A stretch of 64,000 nt of DNA from Dicyema japonicum (Eukaryota > Animalia > Dicyemida): contig RDEW01000017.1 in the NCBI GenBank assembly GCA_011109175.1, positions 186,001-250,000 on the forward strand, read 5' to 3'. Below are positions 35,259 through 49,504 of this stretch, piece by piece. The notes under the pieces were generated by a model, which searched no databases, had not been told where the DNA came from, and saw only the letters and a program-made list of their open reading frames with translations. The first letter of the stretch is position 1; every line of letters starts with the position of its first letter. The translations under genes and the position numbers were made by a program.

Positions 35259-36360
35259 GCCTTAAAACACGTGAAGCGAAATTAATATTATATTAAAAAT
35301 TAAAAATTAAAAAACTTTAATAATTATAAAAATAAATTTATCAAAAGATTTATTTTTTATGCCATGGACAAGCAAAAAATAGTAACAGCCCTTTCACAAG
35401 AGCCATAATACTTATATCTCCACATGTGGAGGACACACAATTTACTGAACAATTATGATGACTCGTTGAAAGGGGACATGCTTTTAACATTTTTTTTATA
35501 TCACTGATGTCGGTGTCACAGGTCAAACCCAAAAGCAACGTAGATGTGTGAAACCTTCAGTGAGATTCGATCCTGGAAGCATATCAATTTAACTGGCAAT
35601 GTCTCAGAACGAATTAAAATCATTAAAACGTTTTCAAAACGCCATTCTTATCACATAATGCCTCTTTAATAGAACTTGGTCGTGGATAAGCATAAAGACC
35701 CGAACTTCTCTACACAGAGAAGAGTGATGATTATTATAAATATTACAGAAACTCCGTAAAAAAACAACTAATTAAGTGATCCCAACTTCCTATAATCCTC
35801 GAACTCCTTTCGTGATCTAAAATTATCCCGCCTGTTGAACGATAAAACCTCTGTGAATTCCAACATAGGAACTTGACAGAGGTGTTCTTCTTTAAGACCA
35901 ATTAGCGTTCCTTTGAGTAAACAATCGAATTGCCCATTGATTTCCTCTTTTTTTGCAGAAATGCGGGAAACCGTGTTGTGATTCCTCGTGGATTTCTCTG
36001 AAAGAGAGTTGGGATTAGTATGGGAAACAAATGTGTAGTTCTGCGTCTGATTGAATTTAGTTTGTAGAGTTTAAATGAGGACGTCCAAACCTTCACATGG
36101 GGCAGGCGTATTCGATTGTTAGAACGATGACATGGTTATAAAGTCTGAACGTGTAGCCAATATAAGGGGAAGATCTCTTCTTTATATTTGCATTCAGCAT
36201 ATTCAACTACTGGAGTCCCTTGGTCAAGGCTTCTTCAGTGTCATGAGTAGGGAGATTTTATTTTGACTTTAAAATTTCAAAATTTTTACCTTTCTTGACT
36301 TTATGGCAAATTTATCTGGAAAAATTTTTTTTAATAAAAAAAAACTAATCAAAAACTTTA

Positions 36361-36531
36361 TTGAACGAGCGGAGTCTTTGGCCCCAAGACGGTCTCTTTC
36401 CTTAGAGCACTTGAGTGTCTATTGACCAAAGCCTCGAGGGAGCGTCGGGAAACCGAGTGGCTTTTCCAAAGGATATCCCTGGCAGTAGTCAGAGGTAACA
36501 GCCACTAGAAGAGATCCGCTGGACTCAGTAA
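36361..36531 (+). mobile_element. CRE-like 3' tip
   Basis: TSGVFGPKTVSFL...WLFQRISLAVVRGNS. Confidence 0.75.
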
Positions 36532-36869
36532 TTAATTTATTGAACTATAGAATGATGCAATTAAAACGTTTTCAGGTTACAATTCTTAGATATAATTTTT
36601 ACAATAATAAAAATCTTTACTAAATAGATAATGATGTGGAAGGAAATTTTCTCAGTCGTATATGCATGGATAAGTATGTTGTTTTTCCATTTTTGTAATC
36701 TATATACTTATTAAAGCTCAAATGTTGTATGCTTGTGCCACCATAACTCGGAAATAAATGGACGGATTTTAATTTTAAAAAAGTTGTGAACAAATAAAAA
36801 TATTGTCGAAAAAGTGAGTGAACCAGATATAAAGAATTTGAGTTTCTGAAAATATCAATCAATATCATC

Positions 36870-37385
36870 CTGTCAAGTGTGGATACAACTCGCTAGTGAA
36901 ACCCATACTACTGTATAACGCTGGCCTGCTCAAAAAATGAACTGAAGAGGCTTAATGCGTTTCGTAGAGACCAACTACGGCATATGATGTTCGAAAGAAG
37001 TGATACGATGATGTCATCTAATCTTCTCTATAAGAGGACGAAGACCTCAGAAATTTTTAATGAGATTCTGAATACAAGATGGAGGCTTTTCGGCCATTTT
37101 CTGCGACTGGACCTAGATGCCCCCACGAACGTAGCCATGGAGCATTACTTCATGTTGGAGGCCCCCCCCGTTTCCGTGGTCGCCCAAAGACGACACTAGC
37201 AGTCGTTCTCGACGAGGACCTCAAAGAAATTGGACGGCATGGAAGTGGAGAAGATCTTGACTGGTTGCGCACTGCGGCTTTGAATAGGAGGAAGTGGATG
37301 AAACTAACCAGTGATTTGCTAACTCGTGTTGCACATGCTTTGTCAAGTCCTATGACATAGCGATAAGTGCTGATAATAATAAGTG
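36870..37385 (+). mobile_element. RTE-like LINE 3' fragment
   Basis: VKPILLYN, RWRLFGHFLR, RGRPKTTL; (TAA)n-like tail. Confidence 0.8.
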
Positions 37386-37589
37386 TCGATACTAATTAAA
37401 GCTCAATGTTGTATGTATGTGGCACCATAACTCGCGGATAAATTTTAAAGGCGAAGTAGTAATGATTCCAAGACATTAATTATGTTTTATTTCAGGTAAA
37501 AGTCATGGTGGATACAACCAGTAAAACGAAAAATATTGTATTATAAGATGTCCTCAGATAGTTTATGATACATCTCTTTTTAATAAATT

Positions 37590-38112
37590 GCAATACCTTG
37601 CCCGAACCTAGGGACTTTTTCGGACGACGAATCTTTAAGGATTGGAATCGGACAAAGGCTAGGACTAGACGTTTGCTAGGAGCACAGATGCCGATGTGAA
37701 GGGATTGCACCCGCTGTCCTGCAGAAGAAGCGCCGGAAGAGGACCAAGTCACGATGGTCTGAACGATGTGATCGTCAGAGCTCTGAAGGCTACAGGCTTC
37801 CATCACAGTTTGAACCAGTGGGTCTCGATCGAGGAGATGGAAAGAGACCTGACGGGATGACCCTTTTCCCCTACACATCCGGAAGATCTTTGGTCTGGGA
37901 CGCAAGTTGTGTTGACACATATTCAAGCACGAATCTTATCAAATCGGTTCAGACACCTGGAACAGCTGCTTCAACCGCGGAAAACCTAAAAATCAAAAAA
38001 TATTCTAGCCTAAGGGGACCGGTACCGATTTACTCCTGTTGCGGTGGAATCATCGGGAGCCGTTGGTCCAATGACGGCTGAGTTATTGAGCGAACTCGGA
38101 GGCTTTCTCAAC
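37590..38112 (+). mobile_element. CRE-like fragment (same subfamily as 40262-41045)
   Basis: GLDRGDGKRPDGMTLFPYTSGRSLVWDASC. Confidence 0.85.
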
Positions 38113-38114
38113 TA

Positions 38115-38455
38115 ACATTTATTTATTTATTATTATTTATTAACCCCGGATACACCGAGAAGGAAGTTAAAGTAAACAACTAAATAAGTGTATCCAGTTT
38201 TCACTTCCACAGAAACAGAGTCCATCCGGAATCAACATAGAGTAAAAGACGTCCATACTTGCAGTTGTGGAAACCCCTCCAGTGGAGTGGGGGAGAGCAA
38301 ATGATCCTTTTCGTGCCAACCTGGCACTGGACGCCACCTAGACAGGTAGATCACATGACGCCACTCTAATAGGAAGAGAGAGGAGGAACGGACGAACAAA
38401 CAGAAACTTCAGCCAATTAGCCACGAAGCACCACGCAGCTAAATGCATTGTGGCT
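38115..38455 (-). mobile_element. SINE family A, near full-length
   Basis: Reverse complement of 22851-23180 with scattered substitutions; core 38303-38362. Confidence 0.85.
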
Positions 38456-39570
38456 TTTTAGTGTAGCTAGGCGTCCAAGTTTTTTTAGGAAACGAAGCGA
38501 TTTTCCACTTATTCCTCCAGTTGTCTCAACAACAATGGGGTAGAACGCGAATCGGTAGTGTAGCGCTATGTATTTCTTCTCCTTTGTCCTCATCGTTTTT
38601 TTTTGCGGCATATAGTGTGTCTACCGCGCTCCCGACAATGTTGGATAGGCAAAGGGCGTCGACACAAGTAGCATCCCATACCAAAGGTTTACCCTTCTCG
38701 AATGGGAAAATTGTGATTCAGTAAGACCGTTTTCCGTCTCTCTGTCTAAGCCAACGGGTTTAAGTATGGAGGGGTTTCCAGCAGACTACAGGGATCGCTT
38801 GACAATTCCATTGATCGTCTTATGTCTTGGGAATCATCCTGCACTTCTTCGACAAGAGAGGGTATGGTGTCCATAACAGTCGACGGTACCACCACACCTG
38901 AATTTGTGAGTCTGGCAAATCTTCAGTCCAAGTCTGGTGAGATGCCGATGCGGACAGTGTCATCGTAGGGCGGGTCCCGACTATACCAATGGGGAGGGCA
39001 TTGATCCAAGAGCCACTCCATACGCATCTTCCAGTAAAAAATTTTGTTAGAAATTCATTGGACCAACGGCTCCCGATGATTCGGTCGTAACAGGAGCAGC
39101 ATGACGTGGTCCCCTTCTGGCGCTTCTTCTGCAGGACAGCGGGTGCAATCCTTTCGCATCGACTGTTTTCCCGCATCGGCATCGGTGCTCCTGGCAAACG
39201 TATAGTCCCAGCCTTTGTCCGATTCCAATCCTCAAAGAATCGTCGTTTAAAAAGGTCCCGAGGATTGAACAAGGTATTGCACCAAGCCATGCTCCACTCT
39301 TTCCACTTGAAGCTGACACCAAACAAGCCAGACGATGTTGATTTGCTTCTTTTTTAAGATCTTCCAAAATTTTGGATCAGACAATGTTATCCCAATTACT
39401 TTGCTTCGTTGTGTCTTCGTGAATTTTGAGTCTGGACCCGTTCCATTTCCAACAAGGTTCGTCAAATGACTCACTCTAGCGAAGTCTAATAGTGTTATGA
39501 AGGACTTGCGTGCCAAATGGCTGCAGCTTGTGAGAGACAATAGATATGCCGGGTACGCAACCTCCAGCGC
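38456..39570 (-). mobile_element. Two adjacent CRE-like fragments (38456-39040 and 39047-39570)
   Basis: SGSWINALP...[11 protein letters not shown]; SGAWLGAIP...CRCGKTVDAKGLHPLSC; the second has an internal deletion. Confidence 0.8.
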
Positions 39571-39739
39571 GATTTTGACTTTATTGACAAAAAAAATAAA
39601 TTTTGACTTTGCAACTTTCGATTTATATAATGTTTTGATTAAAAATCACATTTTATAAGTTTAAAACAATTTTAAAGAACATATTAATTTTTGACTTTAT
39701 TGACAAAAATCAACCTAGTGATGAGAGAAGGCGAGTGGC

Positions 39740-39985
39740 AACTAAACCTCGAGAATCTTCTGTTTAATAAATATCGGAATAATGGTGCCCCCAATGTACA
39801 CGTCCGTCTCACATTCGGACTTACTATCTCAGGTAAATATTATAAATTTGCGTTTTGTCCCTGACACCGCAAGACAACAAACACCAAGCCAATCGTGCAC
39901 CCTGTTGAGGTGTGATTGGACAGTAACTGCGCAAGGGATGGGGATCTGTTCTTAATGACGATAATAATATGTCACAGTCCTATTA
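39740..39985 (-). mobile_element. Vingi-like RT fragment
   Basis: DIII...VQSHLNRVHDWL...IFT...IGGTIIP...QKIL. Confidence 0.55.
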
Positions 39986-40261
39986 ATTAATCCACAAATA
40001 AATTAATTTCTAAAATTTGTTTTTTTAATTAAATTTAAAACAAACACTAAAATATAATGTATAACCTTTGTTTTGTGATTTCCAGAAAAAATATAAAACT
40101 ATTTTAGATTTTATATTCCTCAGAAAACCAACCGCACTCACTTTTTTGATCATTTTATTAAAATCTATTTATAAATAGGTTAGCCAGAATAAAAAAATTA
40201 TTATCATTTTTAATTTTTTTTTTTTTAAACAAAAAAATTTTTTTTAACAATTAAACAAATG

Positions 40262-41045
40262 TCAGTTGAGGAAGCCTGCTGCGTGGATTGCGAACGAGTT
40301 CCCTCGGAGTATGGCTATTCCAATCTTTTGTCTTAGCCATAACCCTTCTCGTTGATCCCTTTTCTTTCTGGCAAGCAATCCTCCGAGTTCTCGCAAGAAC
40401 TCAGCCGTCATTGGACCAACGGCTCCCGATGATTCGGTCGCAACAGGAGTAAATCGGTAGCGATCCCCGAGGCAAGAATATTTCTTGATTTTTAGGTTCT
40501 CCGCAGTCGAAGCAGCTGCTCCAGGTGTCTGAACCGATTTAAAAATGTTCGTGCTTGAGAACGTGTCTATGCAAGTTGCGTCCCAGACCAAAGATCTATC
40601 AGACGTGAAGGGGAAAAGGGTCATCCCGTTAGGTCTCTTCCCATCTCCTCGATCAAGACCCACTGGTTCAAGCTGTGCTGGGAAGCCTGAAGCCTTCAGA
40701 GCTCTGACGATCACATCGTTCAGAGCAGCATGACGTGGTCCCCTTCCGGCGCTTCTTCTGCAGGACAGCGGGTGCAATCCTTTCGCATCGACTGTTTTCC
40801 CGCATCGGCATCGGTGCTCCTGAAAAAACGTCTAGTCCCAGCCTTTGTCCGATTCCAATCCTCAAAGAATCGTCGTCCAAAAAGGTCCCGAGGTTTGGGC
40901 AAGGTATTGCACCAAGCCATGCTCCACTCCCTCTACTTGAAGCTGACATCAAACAAGCCAGACGATATTGATTTGCTTTTTTTTAAAGTCTTCCAAAATT
41001 TTGGAGCAGACAATGTTATTTCTTGCGGTTCTAAATCAAAGTCAT
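40262..41045 (-). mobile_element. 5'-truncated CRE-like element
   Basis: 171-aa ORF with H-LSC...RH, DGKRP, LVWDATC, IAILRGNS. Confidence 0.88.
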
Positions 41046-41131
41046 TTCTTGCTGTTCTTCAATAAAATTAATTTTAATCCTTACATCAAAAATGAAAAAA
41101 ATTATGTTTTTGAGTTAGATTTAGGATTATA

Positions 41132-42490
41132 CAGTCAACCCTCTCTATAATGAACCCTCTCTATAGTGAACATGCCACATTAATGCAATTCACAATAACA
41201 AAAATTAGTAATTGTCATTGATATATTAATTATAAAATGAATTCCACTTTTAAAAATGTATAATATCATTTATTTAAATATTTTGGATTTCACTATTAAA
41301 GAGTAGTGAACGTCAAATGCTTGTGAACATAAAAATATTTAAATAGTGTAACCGGAGTTATTGTTTTTTTCCATTCTAAAATCTTTTATTTTAAACCATA
41401 TAAATGTAAAAAAAGGTAAGATATTTTATTTTATGATTAATAATATCTATCAAGTCGCTCTTTAACGAAGTAATCGGTTATTTTTCCTCCAATTTTGTAA
41501 CCATTTCGGATGTTTTTCATTACTGTCATTCGGAATTTGTAGAATTTTTTTAATGACTTTGGTGTTATGCAGGAAATGTTCTGTTCCAGAGTATTCAAAG
41601 TTTCCAGAATTTGTTTCTCTGTCCCGTCCTCGTTTTTAGCTATATCTCCATTATAGATAAAAGTGTCGCATTCAATAGTTTCTTATCATCTGCCTCGGTT
41701 AATATTTCATTTACAGCTTCGGTCATTATCTCATCAGTTAGGCGATCATCAATATTTAAGACATCACGATTTTTTTCAATTTGTTTCCAACAATCTGTGA
41801 TTGAAATTTCTGTTATTTCATTCCAACTTTTGAAACCAGCATTACAACCTGACGAAGGTTTAGCAAGTTCTCCACGCATCTACGATGCTAAAATGGTTTG
41901 ACGAGTGACGCCGTCAACAGGGGATACTCACTGCGGAACTGGATTGTCTAGAAAGGACTAGCATTCAAGATGATCAAAAAAAGAAGAAAATGTACTTGCC
42001 CAAGTCTCAACCATTCGACGGAGATCTATTTGAATCGTTCGTTAAAAAGCGATCATTTGGATTTATAATCAGTGATTGAAAACTTTACAGTAATTTTCAA
42101 TAGAAAATTGAAACAATATTCATCAAAAAATATTTTTAATTTGGACGAAACAGGATTGTTTTTTAAACTTTTGGGGAACAGAACATTAGCTGATGATGCC
42201 AATGTAGATCACAGAAAAGTTGAAGAATTTCACTCTATTGAATTGCCTGATAATTATAAATCTAGCTTGGCTTGAAATATCAGAATTGACAATTACAAAT
42301 TGTTTCAAGAAAGCTTTAGAAAATGCGTTAATACAGAACCTGACAGAAATAGAGGAAAAAGATGATGAAAATTTTATGATTCATGAAAAAAATCAAATTG
42401 ATGATGAAAACTTCATACATAACTTTTCGAGAAAACTAATACAGCATGACGAAGAGAAAGAGACAAATAAAAAAATTCATGTTCCGACAC
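41132..42490. mobile_element. pogo/Tigger-like transposon remnants
   Basis: TA|CAGTCAACCCTCTCTATAATGAA terminus; NIFNLDETGLFFKLL; AW..I...TITNCF. Confidence 0.65.
41862..41990 (+). mobile_element. SINE family B copy
   Basis: CCACGCATCTACGATGC...TGACGAGTGACGCCGTCA...CACTGCGGAACTGG. Confidence 0.75.
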
Positions 42491-42498
42491 TATATGAA

Positions 42499-43075
42499 CT
42501 ATATCCAATTAAGTCGTGTCCGACCCTTGGAGATCTCATGAACAAGTTTCCTCCACTCTTCCCGATCTGTCGCAATTTGGAGTAGCCTTGATATAGGCAT
42601 TCCCGTGACGTCTTCCATCGTGGATAGCCACCGAGTCCTCGGTCGACCAGGTCTTCTCTTCCCAGTAATATTGCTCAGCATAATGGTTCTTTCCAGTGAG
42701 TCAGAACGGACAACATGCCCAAAGAACGTCAATCTGTGTTTTACGATTTTTCCTTCTAGCGAAATGTCCGTCTCCACCCGTTTGAGTACATCGGTGTTTG
42801 TTATTTTGGAAGTCCAAGGGATTCTTAGTAACCTCCTCCAGAACCACAGTTCAAAATCATCAATTTTTCGTCTATCTGCCTTTTTCAGTATCCATGATTC
42901 TGCGCCGTATAGAAAACCCGAGAACACGATTGTATTAACCAGTCTGCATTTGGTCCTTAAGCAAATATCTTTGCTTAACCAAATTCTATTCATTCTCTGG
43001 AAGGCTTCCATTCTCATTTCGAATTTTTAGTTCCATTATTATCAGTCGTCATAATTTTGGTCTTCTTGATATTTA
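42499..43075 (-). mobile_element. RTE-BovB-like LINE 3' fragment
   Basis: LYGAESW...FELWFWRRLLRIPWT...FFGHVVR...GKRRPGRPRTRW. Confidence 0.88.
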
Positions 43076-43167
43076 GCAATAAACCAAAGATTATTTAATT
43101 AAAAAAATTAATTTTGTTAAATAAAGAAAAAATTTAAAACTTGATAGAAATACTTTTTGCTGAGTAA

Positions 43168-46100
43168 ATGGACAACGTGCTTGAGTCAACACGAATAGGA
43201 GATAATATGGCGCCAAAAAGTCCTAAATGTAAGTTAGATGAGTTCAATTAAGGTCAAATTGGGAAAAATATATTTGATGATTCATTTGACAACAAATGTA
43301 CTGTTTTACCTCATTTTAGTGGACTCTGGGATTTCTGGTTACGACGAGGAGTATTCCTTAGCATATGAAGGAGTCTCTCTCGTTGAGGATTATAGGCTGG
43401 AGTCCTTCAAACCGATTCCCTTAGAAATTACTTCGAGAATGAGTATTTTTGCTTATCGACACCACAGGTGAACCACACAAGATCTTTGGATTCCTTACCT
43501 GTATTAACCGTGCTTATGCCGTGATAAACTCAAGTCTTTACATATGGGACTATTCCACGGGGTATTATGGAGTATATAACCTCAAGGCATAATGTGGTCT
43601 GTATACAAGAGTCCAACAATATTCTCGTCGTCTCGGCGTTCAAACCTTTACTTGATGGTATTATTCCATGTTTATTGATAGAGGAGTTCTGTGGAAAGTA
43701 TTGTCTTGTTGTAGGGACCAGCCGAATGGTTCGTCTGTATCTCATTTCGTTCGACGATGAATGCCATTTCACTTCAATGAGCGTGTACTGTGAAAGGAAT
43801 CAGTGGTCCTGCAGCCTTAGTTATTCCACATTCAACTGCATTTGTTGTACTGCCAAGGGACTCGTCTTTATTGCTGATAAGGCCGGAATATTGTACCAGT
43901 TCATCTACAACGTGAAAATCTGTTGTAACCGTAGACGCATCCTAATTTTTGGGGGAGCGAACGTTGTAGACTGGAATGCGTCTCTTCCTCCAGACTAAGC
44001 TCTTACATTTTTAATGTCATTCCGTTTTTGGCGTCTCCGCTTGGTTACCTGTTTGTTTGAGACCCAGATTGTGCCGTGGAGCTGTGTGTAGACGACACGA
44101 GGGACATTTTATACATGCTGTTCGATTCGGGGGACATTCAAATATACGATCTCTCGTATGGGAAGATTGTAGCTGTAACTGGAATAGACTCGACCTCTTA
44201 CATTAGAAAACTGAACAAATTCGGGTTCATCGTTTATGTTATTTAGACTTGACAATGCACGTTTTGGGGGGAAAATTAATAAGATTGAGTGCATAACCTC
44301 TTCCGAATCTAGAAATCTCAATCTGGTGGGCGTAACTGTGATTGGTTAGTCTCACCTTTTTGAATGTTTAGGGATCCGACTTTATTTTTCGATAACGATA
44401 AGATCATCAAATGGGAAGAGAGTTTTAGCACGTGTCATTTGTGTCACATTCGTATTCCCCCTGCACTGTTGAGGAATTCCACCATAGCCATGTGTTCTCA
44501 CTATAGAGGTTTACATTCCATGGTCAATTTAGGTTGTTTTGTCATGTTTGGGTTCGAGAACTCCACTCCTCTTCTCTGGACTTATTTTGCTGATGAGAAT
44601 GTGAATATTTCTACCATAAATGAGAGAATGGTTTTTACGATGGTGGTAATTTTAGTGGGTCCTGTCTGACGTGGGTAATGTATTGGCTTTAAAGCACCAA
44701 CGGCCATTTATTTATATAGGATCTGACGACATTATGGACAACATTTTAAACTACCACTTTATATCTTCATCACGTTTTCTGGTGATGAATGACAAAGCAT
44801 GTGCTCGTATTCATTTATAGGGAGTCATTGTGTTACGCTACATGAAGCCCATTGACAAGTTAATGTCTATTATTGAGGACCCTGAAGTATTTTCTGTTAA
44901 ATTTTCGTTCTTTTCCTCCAAATTTAAGGTCCATTTTATCATCATTGTAGGCTGAGGATGTCGTGGCTATGTGCATGTCTGTCGCTGTTAATTCCTCAAC
45001 TACTGACTATTTGGTTTAATGTTTTTTGATTCGTAGATGAGGAATAACGCACTCAGTATAATTCAACTTCTCTGCTCACGTAAGGAACAACCAGCTGAGC
45101 CACGTGGTTGAGTTTGCTAATTTACCTGCAGATGATTCGATTCATGAGTACTCGTTTGTCAGTAGTCTTCCTCCTGACTACTCTAATATAATTCTGTTTA
45201 AATCAGCCACTCATTGGATAATGCAATTTTTATTAGGCATTTATCATTTTTATTTCAGGCCAATATTTTCTCGTAGGTTAGCCAGGATTGTGCAGGATGA
45301 GAATCTTGGAAGAATTAGAGATCAGATGAAGTCCACATCATCCCGTGTTCTCTCTGTGATTGGGAAATTTTTCAAGACCAATACATACTCTTCTCAGCTG
45401 GACTCCTCATACGTAAATAAAATCAATATTTGTAGCTTGAAAGCCTTTTTGAGTCAAATGAGCTATCGTGGATTAGAACAAGGGCTAAGCTGATCCTAGA
45501 ATTTTGTGAAACTGGCTTAGAGCCCCTGATGGAAACATACCTGTATCCATTTTACTTATTCTAGGAAATATCATAGTGCGACCAATGAGATTACTGGTTT
45601 ATTATTTTCCTTGATTTGGTAGTTTATGAGGAGGCTCATACTCAGTATATATCCGCTAAGGATCTTATATTTAATCTAAGAGAAATACTGGGACTGTGGC
45701 AAGTTTTATGCCAGGAAAATATAGTCGTTATGACAGCCTTTCTCCCCAATGTAGTATTTGAGTCATATTTTCAGGAAATGAAGAAGGATCTGAGCAGTCA
45801 TACATTAAATGGACTGGTAACTACACATATTCAATACTTTCATCATTTGCTGAGATCATTGTTGAGCTACAAAATAGACAATTCGACGGATGTGAAGCAT
45901 ATAAGCGACAAACTGATCCAATACTGTCCTTCTCTGCACAGTTCTCATAACGCGTTATGCCTAGAAGTATTATTAGTGAAAAATATTTAGGCAATTAGCA
46001 AACTGTTCCAGGCAAAGTCAGTTTTGGATGAGAAAGTGAGGCTGGGTCTTATAGAGGATGCATTCACCATTTTTAATGAGGTCCCTTCTGGTGTTGATTT

Positions 46101-47715
46101 AAACACTGTGAATCAGTACATTTATGAATTGGGCTGTTTTGCCCGTGCTGTGCCGTTGTGTTCACGTGTGGCCCGATCTATTGATGAGGCCGACGTCACT
46201 TTGGATTGTTTCACGTTTGACATTTCTAAATTGGACTTTAAAACGGTCAGTATCATTGATAAACGGTGATTTCTCTAATTATATATGCAGTACCTCCTGC
46301 TATGAAGAGCTGATTTTGTTACTGGAGAGGGTAAGAATGGATTATGAGGACTTTTCTCCCGAAGTTAGTCTTTTGTGTCCTGACGACGCAAAAATGATAG
46401 TATGGCTGATATAATCTCCAAGTTTGATAGTATGACTCAACAAATCCTAATATCGAAGGACAAGATGTTGTTGTTTACTGTATATGACTGGCTGTGTTCT
46501 ATTGGGCTCTATGATATGCTCATTAGTGTTTTGCGGGTTATATATTTGTTTAGGTTGATTCTATATATTTGGGGAATTTCTCCACCACAAGAATGACGCT
46601 AAGCTTGCCCCTGTTCTCGTAAAGTATTACCAGCACACAAAACAGCTCCTGTGTGCGGCTCAAGTTCTGTTGGAAATGGCTGAAGAGAAAGAGTAAGGGT
46701 TATTAATCAACCAGGAGTGGAATTGAGCTCGGGGAGAGAATTGACTTGCTTTGTCGTGCTCTCGTTTGCGCAAAAAGTTCACCCCCCAATTCAAACAAAC
46801 TGCAAACTTTGAATTATATTGATGGCAAATTGAAGGTGAGCTGATTGTGTGACTTTAAGCTTGCGAGAGCTCAGGAAATTGTCATCAATGAACTGAAGAG
46901 AAACGGAGCCGTCGATATTGCTGCTTTTCTTTTGCTTGAGTTGGTCGAAGATGAGAAAACTGTATATAATTTAAGTATTGTAGCTATTTGAGGAGTATAT
47001 TATCCCACGTGATCTGCTTCAGTCACAACTGCTGGTTATGCGAGCTTTGGGCATATGCGTGAGGGATGATATCGTCATGGCTTGGCAGATTATCGTTGAG
47101 AAGTGTAATGTTTGAGTTTGACTGATAGTTTACAGTCGATGTGAGTTGACTGGACAGTCGGATGGGAATGAAGTTCAAATGTTTGTGATTGAACTTTGCA
47201 GTGCTCTTATGCCAGACGTGGCTTATATTCCAATCGGTCGTCATTAAGCTTAGTTTTAGACTTTATCAGTGAGTTGTTGGAGATCTTTGCATTCTCCTTC
47301 AATTTGAGTACTTCTTGGGTGGTAGAAATATTTTTTGAAATAAAATATCCCATGAACTTGTTACTAGAATGCTACTTTGAACTGATTACGGAGAGGGTAT
47401 TAATTTGAGATATGTAGAATCCCTTTATTCCCACGAGACCGTTTGGGTGTAACAGATTGCTCTCTGCTTTTATTCACATCATTAAGGGATTCTCGAATGT
47501 GCCTGAGATTGTCACAGACGAAAGTTCAATGTTTGCTTTCTGTTTATGTTTTAGTAATGAATTGTTTGTTGAATATTCACAACAAAATTGAAAATATGGT
47601 TTCTTTTCTTAGGAGGATGTTTCAACCACTGACAGTTGAGCTTGAATCGATTATTAATCAACTTGATCAGTTTAATAGGGACATTGAACCATATATTGAA
47701 AATAACTTCCCTTAA
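43168..47715 (+). CDS. NUP155: Nucleoporin Nup155, more than 20 micro-introns
   Basis: SGISGYDEEY...PIPLEI...INRAYAVINSSLYIWDY; VDDTRDILY; LCHIRIPP; EILGLWQVLC; LLFTVYDWL; LGERIDLLCRA; a few 1-nt frameshifts. Confidence 0.85.
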
Positions 47716-47799
47716 TTATGTAACTTGATTTTGTACTTTTATATTTCTGTCATTATTTTTAATTTATTAAAACAGTTAACCACAAGAGGTTCTATTATT

Positions 47800-48520
47800 A
47801 CCGGTGTTTTCCAAAATAAGCTCATGCCAAAAAAGCAATGCCAAAAAAATAATTGAATACAAAAAACGTAAAAAGAATTTATTAACTCAATATTTTCAAC
47901 ATCATTTTTATTGTGAAAAAGATGATTTTATTAAGATAATTCTTCGGTCAAATGAAAGAAAAATAGAATTGTTCGGAAAAATTATACGTCTTCATTTTGG
48001 ACAAAACCAAGTACAGCATATCAACCATAATGTACTACACCGACTTTAAAGCATGGGGAATGAAGTACATGTATTTATGTTCTTATGGAATAGGAAAACT
48101 ATATTTTATTGCTTGATAATGAATTCTTCCAAATATTGTCACAAATTAGAAGAATGTTTGCTCAAATCTGCTGAAAAACTTAATTTAAGTCCAAACCAAT
48201 GAGTATTTCAATAAGATAATGACCCAAAACATACTTTAGAAAATGACCAAAAAAATTAAAGATTACTAAAATGGGCAAGTCAAGCACCGGACCTCAATCC
48301 TATAAAAAGTATATGGAAAATTGAAGACTAAAATACGAAATCCAACGAATATTTCTGATTTAAAAGCAATTTTCAGAGAAGAATGGTCTAAGATATTTTC
48401 AAAATACACAAAAGCTAATTATAAAAATCGTTTAAAAGCAGTGATTCTTAAAGGGGTCATGCCACAAAATTTTAGTGTTACTTTACCTAACGTTGCCACT
48501 CATTTTTTTCCACAATAAAT
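47800..48520 (+). mobile_element. Tc1-like transposase remnant
   Basis: FQ*DNDPKH...WASQAPDLNPI-SIW. Confidence 0.75.
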
Positions 48521-49504
48521 AATTTTTAAATGGTTAAAAAATCAGGAATAAAGAAAGAATTCCTTAACTAATTTGCTCAATTAAGATGTATCGTTTTATT
48601 TTATATAACGACGATTGAGGTCTTCCGTCAGTTGTGTCCTTCGCAGTGTCGCAATTCCTCTCAATTGAATACCATTAGGACGAGTTCTCCAGGGACGTCA
48701 CCACCTCAACCAAAACATGTTATTTTATATAAAACAACTTTTTTAATTAATGGGAAAGATTATTTTATTATAGAAAAATAATAATCACATTTTACTTGGG
48801 TTGCCATGACTGTTCTAGGACCGTTCTTTGAGTTTCTGTATGCTTCGAGTTTTCTGCTTTTATAGGACCCGTTCCCTCTTTATTCGGACTAATCGTCATG
48901 TCTTCATCAATTAACGGATCTAAGACTTTTTTATTCTTAAAAGTTATTGGCAATCTAATCTCCCCCCGTTCAGATCAATTGAAATACCCTCATCAAACTG
49001 AATCATTAGCTTCGTTTGGTGGGTAGATACAAGGATAAATACTACATTTTTATTACATCTATTAACACCAGATGACTTTGTGTTAAGGATGTCATATCTA
49101 TGGGATATGCTCTACCACTGAGGACAAAAACCTCTTTAGAGTTCCAATTACTGATGGCTCGTTTCTTGAAATTGTCGACCAATAATTCAACCCTTCCACC
49201 GAGTAGTAGCACTGTTTCCATTACTCATCTCAGCTTAGCCAGAACTCACGCCTCATTTAAGATGTGAAGAACAGTTATACTAAATAATCCAGGATATCGA
49301 AGGTGTCCTTAACTTGTTTTTTTTTCTTTTTGCTTACATGTGAGTCCCTGAGACATGTTCCGAAGTGATATTGACTGACGACACGTCAATCCGATGCATG
49401 TAACCTTCGACTGAAATGGAAAACATCGAGATTCTAACCATCCGGATTTTATCCGGCACTTATTACACTGCGCCATACAGCTGGCCTTATATGAAATGAA
49501 AATT

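Noticed and set aside
35455-35507. C/D box snoRNA (ATGATGA...CTGA)
   Set aside because: Short, no terminal stem, and no rRNA-complementary guide that I could recognise.
36713-37444. ~45-bp direct repeats as a target duplication of the RTE fragment
   Set aside because: The left copy is more than 100 nt from the element's 5' end and the copies are diverged.
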